Part shown: piece by piece, positions 37,592 through 48,552 of the stretch
Layout: each line of letters starts with the position of its first letter
Numbering within the stretch: the stretch's first letter is position 1
Assembly (NCBI GenBank): GCA_043228905.1
Contig: JBHGNT010000017.1
Span: 9,610,001-9,674,000, forward strand
Length of the DNA stretch: 64,000 bases
Direction of reading: 5' to 3'
Origin: Azolla caroliniana
Lineage: Eukaryota; Plantae; Polypodiophyta
Notes under the pieces: model-generated
Seen by the model: the letters and a program-made list of their open reading frames with translations, nothing else
Database searches by the model: none
Told to the model about the DNA's origin: nothing
Program-made: the position numbers and the translations under genes

Positions 37592-39631
37592 ATGGAGGCT
37601 CAACAAGCTAACAATATGATGGCGATGTTCGAACGGATGCTTCAAGAACAACGCACGATGTCGGAGATTTCGGCATCAGTAGAGCGGCTCGTGCAACGCA
37701 ACGGGCAATTTAATGGTAAGGATGTGTCGCGATATTTGCAGGACTACAAGGCGGAGATGCTCCGGTGCCGGGCTTCGGAAGGACTACAAGTGACATCCTT
37801 TAACCGGGTGGCGACCGACGGGCTTCAAGGGAGTATCCACGGGTTGCAACAACAAAATCCGACGTGGGAAGCATTCGAAGAGGCGTTAAAGACCACGTTT
37901 GCCATCGAGGACTCCTCCAAGGCAACGCGGAGGGGATTCGAGGATTGGGTGGAAACGTCAGGTAAGGGGCTGAAGGTCCTCGAAGTGTTTTCGACATTCG
38001 AAAGTCGGTTCGGGAGGTTGTCCGCGAGAGATCAAACTATTCTTGCACCGGACAAAGTCATCATGTTTTTGCGAGCTGTGGACGTCCGGGACCGAAAAGA
38101 TCTCGGAGTGCTTCTTGAGGACACGACCACCGAAAGCGGCCTCACCGAAACATGGGAAAGCGTGCGGGATATCGTCGCGTGGTACACGAAGAGGGGGCAA
38201 TGGCTTGCCAACGAAGAAAAGAGGGTTTCGGAACCGATTCCGAAACCGAGAACGGGACTGGAAGACCATCAACCGAGGGCTCGGGAGATTACGGCCGAGA
38301 AGGAAGTCGACGCGTCTACGGTGGAGCAGCTGCTGAAGGAGATGGAGAATCTAAAGATCGCGATGGTGAAGAAGTCGGATGACCGCCCCACAAGCTCCAA
38401 ATATACGGATCGACGGTGCATATGGTGCGATAGCGCCGAACACGATCGGAGGGATTGCGACGACCATAAGGAGGCACTACGACGGGATCTCATCTACTAC
38501 GAGGGAAACCGGATTCATTCGATGGACTCTCGGAAGCCACTCCGACCGAACTTCCGGAAAGGCGGCATGAAGAAGGTGCTCGAGGAGGAGTTAGCGGCAA
38601 GAAGCAACTATGCGACAACCGCGGGAATATGTGTCGGGGAGTCATCGGGAGCGAAGGCGTCTTTCTGGCCGGAGGTGCTAGGAAACACCGAGAAAACCGA
38701 CTCCAACGATATCCGAAACACCGCGGAAGGCGTCCGGGAAGCTACGGGATGGGAGTGCCCTGTCAACAAGAATAGCATATACGCCCTGTGTCAATTACAT
38801 GAGGTGTATGTGGACGAGAAACGACGGCGCACGGAGGATGCGGCCGGACCATCGAAGATACCGGAAAGCTGGAACTCCGGAGGTAAGGGAAAAGAAAAGG
38901 CGACTCCGGCATTCAAGCTCGCCTCGGACATAGAACAACAAACCGACTTGAAAAGAGTGTTCGAGGAAAGAATCTTGGATAGCCGGGTAGATTTTTCGCT
39001 GCGGGAACTACTCGGAATAGCGAAGAAGGAGTTTCACGATCTTCTCGTGGATCTCGTGAAAAGGAAGAGACAAAGTACGGAGGAAAATGCTCCAAGGGTG
39101 AATGCAAATACCGTTTCAATGAACGACACCGAAGTGGAAGGCGAAATTCCGAACTCCCACTATACAAGGCCACACTGGGCACGTGCGACTACGGAGACTC
39201 CGGTCCGAATCGGCAACATCAAAGAACCCGTGCTAGCATTGATTGATCACGGATCGGAGATCAACTTGATGTCCAAGGAGTTCTACCGAAAGGGGAAGTG
39301 GCCTATAAACACCAACCATGGATGGAAGATTCGGGCAGCCACGAAAACGACAGAAGACCTATTTGCGGCTTGTCCGGATGTGACGGTAAAGATCGGGGAT
39401 GTCGAAATTGACCAAAATTTCTTTGTGCAGGATGAGGTTTCACATTCTGTCATCCTCGGCCAACCCTTTATCACGGCTTCACGGATGGAGACGAAGGTGC
39501 TCGATAGTGGTGCGGCTTTTGCGCGAATTCGGAGCCAAAACGGAGGGAAATCCGTCCAATTCCTAACGGTGCCGGCAAATCACGAAAGGAACAAGAGGGA
39601 ACTCTTGTCCCAAGTGAGAATGGATTTTTAA
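37592..39631 (+). CDS. gag: Gag-protease of element G (679 aa)
   Basis: Uninterrupted ORF; CIWCDSAEHDRRDC zinc knuckle; ALIDHGSEINLM..VILGQPF aspartic protease. Confidence 0.9.
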   Translation: MEAQQANNMMAMFERMLQEQRTMSEISASVERLVQRNGQFNGKDVSRYLQDYKAEMLRCRASEGLQVTSFNRVATDGLQGSIHGLQQQNPTWEAFEEALKTTFAIEDSSKATRRGFEDWVETSGKGLKVLEVFSTFESRFGRLSARDQTILAPDKVIMFLRAVDVRDRKDLGVLLEDTTTESGLTETWESVRDIVAWYTKRGQWLANEEKRVSEPIPKPRTGLEDHQPRAREITAEKEVDASTVEQLLKEMENLKIAMVKKSDDRPTSSKYTDRRCIWCDSAEHDRRDCDDHKEALRRDLIYYEGNRIHSMDSRKPLRPNFRKGGMKKVLEEELAARSNYATTAGICVGESSGAKASFWPEVLGNTEKTDSNDIRNTAEGVREATGWECPVNKNSIYALCQLHEVYVDEKRRRTEDAAGPSKIPESWNSGGKGKEKATPAFKLASDIEQQTDLKRVFEERILDSRVDFSLRELLGIAKKEFHDLLVDLVKRKRQSTEENAPRVNANTVSMNDTEVEGEIPNSHYTRPHWARATTETPVRIGNIKEPVLALIDHGSEINLMSKEFYRKGKWPINTNHGWKIRAATKTTEDLFAACPDVTVKIGDVEIDQNFFVQDEVSHSVILGQPFITASRMETKVLDSGAAFARIRSQNGGKSVQFLTVPANHERNKRELLSQVRMDF

Positions 39632-39685
39632 AGCGGACTGTTGCGAAGTGGGGAAGTGATAGTCCGAGAAGCCCTGATACCCCAC
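39622..39685 (+). promoter_or_regulatory. -1 ribosomal frameshift signal (G_GAU_UUU plus pseudoknot)
   Basis: Heptamer 39622-39628; stem 1 39634-39644/39656-39666; loop GTGGGG 39648-39653 complementary to CCCCAC 39680-39685. Confidence 0.75.
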
Positions 39686-42600
39686 ACAGGAAGAAAACTC
39701 TCGGAGCAAAACAAGTACGAATCGGCCCGGATGGGGCATCTACGTACACGGCCGTAACCGGAGGAATGAAGAAACAATACCGACAAGTGGAGGATAAGTT
39801 ACGGTCGGCATCAATAATAAAAGAAGACGAAGAAATCGTGGGAGTGATCGAGGAAGTGTTCTATGGGAATACACTACAACGGCTTGAAGAGCTTGCGGAA
39901 GATAAAAGCCAAGGGAACCGGGTAGTCCCGGTGGAATCGGTCGAGATGTACGAGATCGTTGCGAAAATGGGGCCGGATGCGCTCCGCAAAGAAGAAGCAA
40001 TGGTAAGTGCGAAATACAAGACCGTGGAGAAGAAGGTGAAACCGGCCGCGGGACCACTACCCGCTGATAGCGAACAAAAGAAGAAAGAAGTCTCGGGAGA
40101 TCCGACACTTCGGAAGTCCGTGGATATCGGACATGCCTTCACAGATGAGACCCGGAAGAAACTTCGGATCGGTGGAGGTGGGTTCCTCTTACAAGAAGAA
40201 GAAAAACGGTTTCGAGAGATGTTGGAGCAACATGGCAAAGCATTCGCGTTCACATCCAGGGAGATCGGATGCATTGATCCAAAGATAGTGGAGCCGATGG
40301 TGATTTTCACGATTGATCATGTACCGTGGAACCTGAAGCCGATTTCGGTGCCACGGGCGCATATTCCGAAAGTCATCGACTTGCTCAAGGAGAAGGTGGC
40401 GATGGGGATTCTAGAGCCATCAAGTGCTCCGTACTCAAATCGATGGTTTACGGTTCCGAAGAAGAACGGGTCACTCCGATTCATCCAAGACTTGCAACCG
40501 GTGAACAAGGTCACGATCCGGAACTCGGGAGTCGGTCCGATAGTGGACGAATTCGCGGAAGCTTTTGCCGGACGTGCGATATACTCCATCGGGGACCTAT
40601 ACTCGGGGTATGACCAATTCCAACTAGCCGTGGAGAGCCGAGACATCACTACCATGCGGACACTGATAGGACTAGTTCGAATGTGCACACTACCACAAGG
40701 AGCGACAAACTCGGTTGCACATATGATGAACGCGATGAACAAGGTGCTTCGAGATTGCATCCCGGAGATAACGATGCCGTTTCTAGATGACATTCCGATG
40801 AAAGGATGCGCGGTGGAAGAAAAAGATGAGACTATGGATGATCGGGGATGCCGAAAGTTCGTGGTCGACCATATTCATGATTGCGAGAAAGTGTTGCGAA
40901 AGCTAGAAGATGTGCACCTAACACTTTCCGGGGAGAAATCGGCATTCGGGCAAGAAGAAATATTGGTGGTCGGACATCTATGTGGACCCTACGGCCGAAG
41001 ACCGTCACCAACAAAGATCGATGCGATTCAAGCTATGAAGGAAGTATGTGAGTCAACATCGGAAGTCCGAAGGTTTCTGGGTGCGTGTGCATTCTATCAC
41101 ATATGGATTCCGCACTATGCACATATAGCGGACCCGCTCTATCACTTGTTGCGGAAAGGTAAGAAATTCGAGTGGAAACCGGAACACACTAAAGCCATGA
41201 GGAAGCTCAAGAAGACACTATGGAGGGCGGAATCACTTAAGAAGCCAAGCTACGAGCGGCCAATCATAGTAACGGTTGATACAAGTCCAACCGGTATCGG
41301 GTGGGTCATCAATCAAGCCGACTCGGATGGTTCACGGTATCCGATCCGATTTGGAGCAAAGGTCCTCAACGAAAGGCAACGCGGATATGCACAAGTCAAA
41401 AGAGAATTGTGGGGAGTCGTGTCGGCGATAAAATCGGATCGGGATTATTTGATCGGAGCTGAAGTGGTGATCGAGACGGATTGTCTTCCGATACTCGGGA
41501 TGATGCGGTGTTGTACGATACCGGATGTGGCTATGCTAAGGTGGATTGCATATGTCAAGTCACTTAATCCGGAGGTTCGACACATCTCGGGGAAGGACAA
41601 CGCGGTAGCGGACATGTTATCGAGGGCGCGGTTTGAAGACGACATAACCGAATCAGATAATGAAGAAGTTTCCGAAGACTACTTCACGTCAGAACACATA
41701 TGCCGAGTGAACGTGATCCGAGAATTCCGGGAAGAAGAATACGAGGGGGAAACCTTGATGATCGGGAAGATGCTACAAGAGGTCGAGGATTCAACCAATG
41801 ATAAAGAAAGGAGAGCCGAGATCCGAAGGAAGAAGAGGCAAGTCCAAAAGTTCTTCTTGGAAAACGGTTTAATATGGAGGGCGCCGAAAAGACCGGATGG
41901 GATACCACTTCGAGTAGTCGGGACGAAAGAGCAACGAAACCGGATAATGTCCGAGTTCCACGAATCCGATTGGGCTGGACATCGAGGAACATGGGCAACT
42001 TTTGTGAAAATCAAGCAAAGATATTGGTGGAAGAACATGTATAAAGATGTCGCGGAGTTCACAGAAAGCTGCGAGAAATGTCAAGTCTACTCCGGGGTCC
42101 GACACCGAGATGAGCTGCATCCGACATTCTCACCGACAATCAACTTCAAGTGGATGGTCGACATTGTAGCTATGCCGACCGGGATTGGACAAAAGAAATA
42201 CTTGGTGTTAGCTCGAGAAGATCTCACAAACCAAGTTGAAGGTCGAGCGCTTCGGAGGAAAACGTGTGCCGCGGTGTGCCAATTTCTTTTGGAAGAAGTG
42301 TTTTGTAGGTACGGCTGCGTAGGACAAGTGATTGCGGACCGGGGAGAACTCGACTCGGACAAAGCTAGGGGATTCTTCGCCAAACATGGAGTTCGGTTAA
42401 CGTTGACAACGGCCTACAATCCGGAGGCCAACGGGAAGATCGAACGAGGACATAGTCCGATCGTGAAAGCACTTGCGAAGGCATGCGACGGAAGGGTGAA
42501 GGATTGGCCACAAATGCTTCCGTATGCACTATGGGCGGATCGGACGACGCATAGCTCCGTGACCGGTTACATGCCGGCAGAACTCATGACCGGACAAGCA

Positions 42601-43233
42601 CCGGTAATGCCAACGGAAACCGCAATCGCGACATGGACAATACTACCGTGGAAGGAAGAGATGAGCCGAGAAGAACTACTAGCGGTCCGGATACGACAAC
42701 TAGAGGGAAGACCGAAAGATGTAGCGGAAGCGTCACGCCGACAACAAGAAGCACGGTTCCGGAACAAAAGCCGGTTCGACACAAAGCACCGACTACGACC
42801 GAGGAGGATTGAAGAAGGAGATTGGGTGATCGTCTATGATAGTAGCTTGGACCATCAACATACAACGATGCGGAAATTCGCGAAAAGGTGGTTCGGGCCG
42901 TACGAGGTTCGGAAGGTCTTCGACAACGGGACATACCGACTGTCCGAGTTGGATGGAACAATACTACGAGTGCCTATAGCCGGGAAACGGGTGAAGATTT
43001 TCAAGAAGCGGACCGACGACAAACCTTATGTGATCCGAGTCGAGGCCGACAACGAGGAGCAATCGGACGAAGACCACAATGATGCGGGAAGCGAAGAAAG
43101 TGGATTACAACTCATAGTCGACATAAGGGGAGAATCGGAGGAAGCTTCGGATGAAGACGGATACGAAGAATCAAGAACTTCGGCACATACCGGAGGATGT
43201 GCGGGTTTGGAGGGGGCGAGTGTCGTAGTGTAG
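39622..43233 (+). CDS. pol: Pol (RT, RNase H, integrase) of element G, probably reached by a -1 frameshift
   Basis: Uninterrupted; GDLYSGYDQF, LPQGATNS, PFLDD, TVDTSPTG, H-H-C-C, AYNPEANGKIERGH, WFGPY; the -1 frame is open from the slippery site to ATG 39766. Confidence 0.92.
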   Translation, partial: GFLKRTVAKWGSDSPRSPDTPHRKKTLGAKQVRIGPDGASTYTAVTGGMKKQYRQVEDKLRSASIIKEDEEIVGVIEEVFYGNTLQRLEELAEDKSQGNRVVPVESVEMYEIVAKMGPDALRKEEAMVSAKYKTVEKKVKPAAGPLPADSEQKKKEVSGDPTLRKSVDIGHAFTDETRKKLRIGGGGFLLQEEEKRFREMLEQHGKAFAFTSREIGCIDPKIVEPMVIFTIDHVPWNLKPISVPRAHIPKVIDLLKEKVAMGILEPSSAPYSNRWFTVPKKNGSLRFIQDLQPVNKVTIRNSGVGPIVDEFAEAFAGRAIYSIGDLYSGYDQFQLAVESRDITTMRTLIGLVRMCTLPQGATNSVAHMMNAMNKVLRDCIPEITMPFLDDIPMKGCAVEEKDETMDDRGCRKFVVDHIHDCEKVLRKLEDVHLTLSGEKSAFGQEEILVVGHLCGPYGRRPSPTKIDAIQAMKEVCESTSEVRRFLGACAFYHIWIPHYAHIADPLYHLLRKGKKFEWKPEHTKAMRKLKKTLWRAESLKKPSYERPIIVTVDTSPTGIGWVINQADSDGSRYPIRFGAKVLNERQRGYAQVKRELWGVVSAIKSDRDYLIGAEVVIETDCLPILGMMRCCTIPDVAMLRWIAYVKSLNPEVRHISGKDNAVADMLSRARFEDDITESDNEEVSEDYFTSEHICRVNVIREFREEEYEGETLMIGKMLQEVEDSTNDKERRAEIRRKKRQVQKFFLENGLIWRAPKRPDGIPLRVVGTKEQRNRIMSEFHESDWAGHRGTWATFVKIKQRYWWKNMYKDVAEFTESCEKCQVYSGVRHRDELHPTFSPTINFKWMVDIVAMPTGIGQKKYLVLAREDLTNQVEGRALRRKTCAAVCQFLLEEVFCRYGCVGQVIADRGELDSDKARGFFAKHGVRLTLTTAYNPEANGKIERGHSPIVKALAKACDGRVKDWPQMLPYALWADRTTHSSVTGYMPAELMTGQAPVMPTETAIATWTILPWKEEMSREELLAVRIRQLEGRPKDVAEASRRQQEARFRNKSRFDTKHRLRPRRIEEGDWVIVYDSSLDHQHTTMRKFAKRWFGPYEVRKVFDNGTYRLSELDGTILRVPIAGKRVKIFKKRTDDKPYVIRVEADNEEQSDEDHNDAGSEESGLQLIVDIRGESEEASDEDGYEESRTSAHTGGCAGLEGASVVV

Positions 43234-43450
43234 GTTGCACACTATGTGGAAATTATATTTTTGTCCCTCCGGATAGAGAATGGAGTGCTCGGTGAGAACC
43301 GGAAGAAAACGGCATACCGGCAAGGAGGAAAACGGCATACCGGCAAGGAGGAAAACGGCATACCGGCAAGGAGGAAAAACGGCATACCGGCAAGGAGGAA
43401 AACGGCATACCGGCAAGGAAGAGCCGGATAAAGAGACATAAATGTAAACA

Positions 43451-46400
43451 CCCCGGCGTAGTGCCCCCCAGCTACTCCCTGGTGGGCTTCCTGAAGAACG
43501 GCGTTCTTCTCGAATTGCCGAATCGATCGGCGCCATATGCTGTCCGAGCCTTTGTGGTAGAGAATGTCCGAGACGAGGCAAAAATTCCGGCTACACACTG
43601 CTAGGCGTTTTCTCGTGTCAAGGGTCATGTGCTCGAGAGGTACACCGGTAGTGAGAAAATGGGTCATCTCCGTGATCCATTCATCTCCGTTATCGTCTGG
43701 TATCGTGGTCAGGTTAAATAGGCTGGCGTCCGGTAGCTCGTCGTACGTTGTTTTCGTTGGTTCCCCTGACTCAAGACGGCTCAAGTAGTCGGCGACGGCA
43801 TGTTGTACCCCGGGTCGATGCTGAATCTGGAAATCAAACTCTTGTAGTAGGAGCATCCACCGAGCCAACCGTCCGGTGAGGGCTTGTTTATTGACCAAAT
43901 AAAGAAGGGCCGAGTGATCCACGTGAAAGGTAAATTTTCGGCCCAAGAGGTAATGCCGAAATTTATTGATGCTATAAATCATACCGAGGGCCTCCCGCTC
44001 GGTGGTGGAGTAATTCTTTTCCGCGGTCGAGAGCCATCGGCTAGCGTAGTACACGGGCCTATACCAATTCGGGGGTGTGCATTGCATCAGGGCACTTCCG
44101 ATGGCGATGTCTGAAGCATCTACGAAGACATGAAACGGAGACTGGACCACCGGGGCATGTGACAGCATTCGTTTCAGGGTTTGATAGGCCGTGTCCTCAA
44201 TTGACGTCCATTGGAAGGGACGGCGATGGACTACCGTGTGTAAAGGTGTCGCGAAATCGGCCAGGTGCCGTATCATTCGGCTGTGCCACCGGATCTGTCC
44301 CAAAAAACGGCTTAGTGCCTTAGCGTTCGAGGGTGTGGTGGCGGTCAGGATTGCCTTTACTTTATCCGAGTCCATAGCGATGCCTTCTTGACTGACAATA
44401 TGGCCGAGAAGGTTGCCACTGGTGACTAAGAACGCGCATTTCGCCGGGTTTAAGCTCAATCGAGCTTGGCGACATCGGTCCATGCAGAGTCGTAACTGGG
44501 TCATGTGTTCCCGTCGATGGCCATACACGGCGAAATCGTCGAGAAAGACTTGCATGAACGCCGGGATGTAGTCATGAAAGATTTCGGTGATGATGCGTTG
44601 GAACGTAGCCGACGCCGTTTTTAGACCGAACATCATTACTTCTGCTACAAAAACACCCCATTCCGTGACGAAAGCGGTTTTTTCCTGATCCTCCAGGTGC
44701 ATTCTTATCTGGTTATAGCTGCTGAACCCGTCGAGGAAACTGTAGCATTCGTGGCCGGCTACCGTGTCGAGGACACTATCCATGAATGGAAGAGGGAAAC
44801 CGTCGGTGACTGTTGCCGCGTTAAGTTTCCGATAGTCGATGCAGACGCGGATTTTTCCATTCTTCTTTGGGACCACTACGATCGGGCTCAACCACGTGGC
44901 CCGTTTAACAGGGCGAATGAAGCCCACTCGGAGTAGTTTGTCGATTTCCTCTTTGACTTTAGCGGCGTAGTTGGGGTTCATCCTGTAGCGCCTCTGTTGA
45001 ACCGGCCGAGTGTCGGGTAAGATGTGAATTTGATGTTGGTAGTATTGAGGATCCAGCCCCTTCATATCGGTGTAGGACCAAGCGAAAACATCCTGGTAGT
45101 CGGTGAGCAATTTTACGAGGCATGCCCGTTCTACGGTTGGTAGATTATTGGCAATTTGTAATGTACGGGGATTCTCGTCTGAACCGAGGTTCATTGTTTC
45201 CAGGGTTGATGCTTTCACTCGTTGTCAAATGGCGAGTTCGCGTTCGAAAGCCTCCCGAGCATGACGTAGCTCAGCAACTGTGGTTGGATCGGGTTCATCC
45301 TGGGGTGGTGACTCCTCCGTGACTTCCTCGTTTTTAGATGGCTCGATGGTTGGTAAGGCATTGATTTCGAAGAGAGGGATGATCGTGGGATGATCATCTA
45401 GGAAGTCATTGACCTCCTCATTGGCCAAACCGTCAAGCATATGGACCCCTTCCGCATATAATGGCGAAGTGTTGAGGGTGACGGGGACTCGTTCTTCAGT
45501 GATGATTCGGACTTTTGTCTTTCCTCTTCGGAACGAGATCATGTTGCGTTGCCAATGTTGCCTGATATTCGTTGTACGCAACCATGGTCGACCTAGTAAC
45601 ATTGGGTAGGCACCTTGTGTCTCCAGTCTTAGCACGACGGCCGAGATCGTGAACATGTGGCCTCTGAGTGTGAAGTCGAGATGGCGGATTAAACCAATGG
45701 GGCGAACGGAGCGGGTGTCGGCCATCCGAAGCCAAAAGGGGCATGGTTCCCATTGATTCAGGCCGAGGTTGAGACACATTGACTCGCTAATAACGTTTAC
45801 GCCGGAGCCGCCGTCGATGATGCATCCATGTAGGTCTTGTCCCTTAATGATGATTCGCACGGCTGGGTTCTGAGAATCCATGAGTGGTGGACCGGTTCCT
45901 GCTTCGGTGAGGTGTATCGGTGGCGTCACGGGCTTAGTATTGGCCTGGAGTGCCGCCAGGGTGTCCCGAAATCTCGGCATGAGTGGTAACAGTTTATGTA
46001 GGGGCAGCGAGATGCGGGAGTTGGTAAGAACATCCCATAGTTGGTCGTCCTCCGACGACGTGGATGGTGCCGAGGTTTGTGGTACTTCACTGGGCCCGTC
46101 TCTCATGTCAATTTGTATGCGTACGGCATTATTTTTATTGGCCGTGTCGATCCATTCTTTTGCTGCCTGACGGACTTCATCCTGGATTTGCCACTGAGTA
46201 ATCTGCGCTTTACTCCGGGTAGTGACCGTTTGAACATCGGCCATAATACTATTCACCGCGGGTGCCTTGCCACGGTTGGTTGTTGGACATTGTGTGGCGT
46301 AGTGGCCTGGTTGGTTACATTTAAAACATGTAACGTTGGCTGAGCTGCTAGTGTCCGCCCGGTCTGTGTGTGGAAGCTGTTGTTGTTGATTCTCCGTCTC

Positions 46401-48552
46401 GTTTGGTGGTGGGTTGTTCCGAGGTGCGTTGGAGTTGCGCTGGTCATTTTGAGGAGCGTCCTGTCGGCGGTTGTCGTTAGGTCTTCTATTGTTGCGTGTG
46501 TTGCGGTTGCCGTTTCGCCGATCAATGCGTGAGTTCCGTCGGTCATACCGGTCATCGCGATTGTCATCATATCGAGCATAATCGTCGTGCCGGTCATCGC
46601 GATAATGATCACGGCGGTCATCACGTCAGTAGTCGTCGTCTCGGCGCCGTCGATCCGGGGATCGCGGTCGGTCGTTATCCTGGTCTCGGTAGACATATCG
46701 CTCGTCCTACCGAGAGTATGTATTTCGTGGCTCGATCTGGCGGACCGGTGCCACCGTTGTGCGGTTCAGCATATTATATTCGCACTGCTCGACAGTGTGA
46801 GCTCGAGACTGGCAGATCGGACACTGTGGTCGGTGGGGACATTCGAGGGCCAAGTGCCCTGATCCTGAACACGTCGTGCATTGGAGGGCCTGGCGAAAGC
46901 GATTGTCCTCTTGGGGAAGAGCGTTTTGCAAGGATGTCATCGAGAAGGCCGCGCCGTGCTGGGTCTGATCGAGGGCGAGAACCCGCGCTATGACTTGTTC
47001 GATAGTATGGTTGGCGAAATTTGTAAGTGTGAGAGTCGTTCGGAGAGGCTCTTGTAAACTAGATAGGAAAGTGTCTGGTATATGTTGTGCTGAGACATCA
47101 CCGGCCACTTGTCGGTAGAGATCCTGGAACCGGATCGTGAACTGCGCGACCGTTTCATGCGGTTCCTGGCATATAGAGAAGAATTGTCGGAGCAGTTCCC
47201 GTTTAGGCACCTCGCCATGAAAAAGTTCAAGGAACTTTGTGCGCACGATTTGAAAAGTGGTGGCCTCTCCTATTTCGAGGCGAGAGTACCATCGTGCGGC
47301 CAGTCCATCGAGAGAGAGTGTGAACTCGGCAATCTTTGAGGCATCGATCTCGGCTGGCGTGAGGCAGTGCGTTGAGTGGTTGGCCTGCCACGTGGATATG
47401 AAGGCACGGATGTGTGACTCCGCATCTGGTCCGTCGGTGTATCGTGGGTATGGGTACGGCATGATGTCGTACTCTGGGTCTTCTTGTAGCACCGGAAAAG
47501 GGTTTAGTTCCGGTTGATTGACCTCCGGAGGGCTCGACGGGGGTTTTGGTGGTGAATCAACTCGCGATCGAGTGTCCGGTGGCGAGGATTGCACTAGGGA
47601 AGCCTCTGATTTCTCGGGAAAGGATTGGTCAGTGACCACCGAGTCGGAAGTTCCTTCGACTGGCTCAGGGCATCGGGCGGGTGGCCGAGACCTCGTGGTG
47701 CGAGAGGGCGCCGTAACGGTGTCGTAGTGTAGGTTGCACACTATGTGGAAATTATATTTTTGTCCCTCCGGATAGAGAATGGAGTGCTCGGTGAGAACCG
47801 GAAGAAAACGGCATACCGGCAAGGAGGAAAACGGCATACCGGCAAGGAGGAAAAACGGCATACCGGCAAGGAGGAAAACGGCATACCGGCAAGGAAGAGC
47901 CGGATAAAGAGACATAAATGTAAAAAGAAAGGAAATACTCACTACTGCGCAGGGCGTGATTCGAACTCTGCACCTCCACGTTGACAAACCCCAACCTTAC
48001 CATTACATTAAATTATCTTAAGTGTTTTAAATATAGATTTAATATGTATAAGACCTTTATTTATGCATACCTTTATTAAAAGGTAAATCGTGTATTTCTT
48101 TAATATATGAAAAAGAAAAAACACGAGACACTAAAAATAACTCATGCACATCTAGCGTGCATGAGCCCTATACTTAGGAAATAAAATAAAAAAAAGCATC
48201 ACATGCACATTTAGTGTGCATGAACATATGAGAAAAAGCATGTAGCTATGCTTAGTCTCTCCCATCACTATATAAGGATGGGGAGCACATTGTAGTTGTT
48301 GTTGATTATTTGGATTAAGTATTAATTAATACAAAAATTATTCGTGGGATTCACGATTTATACGTCTACTTCTCTCTTAACACCCTAAGTACCAATTAAT
48401 ATAGTATACTCGTGTGATTCACGAGTTTCTTATCTTTCTCTTTGCTATTTACTCATAATTAATCTCTATCTCACGAACTTCTTTCTCCTAGTCCAAGACC
48501 TCTGTGGTTCCCACCCAACTCACGCAACGATCCGGAGCCGAAAGGCACGACA
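43451..48552. repeat. 5.1-kb near-identical direct duplication of 32452-37553 (F gag-pol plus G LTR)
   Basis: Constant offset of 10999; identical ORF translations in both copies; third G LTR at 47720-48552. Confidence 0.97.

Larger units (their letters stand above)
36721..43448 (+). mobile_element. Element G: young, coding-intact Ylt1/Phygy-like Ty3/gypsy
   Basis: 5' LTR 36721-37553 (833 bp, TGTCGT..ACGACA); PBS 37558-37575; PPT 43209-43220; 3' LTR starts at 43221 and is interrupted at 43448; 4-bp TSD ACGG (36717-36720, 48553-48556). Confidence 0.95.
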
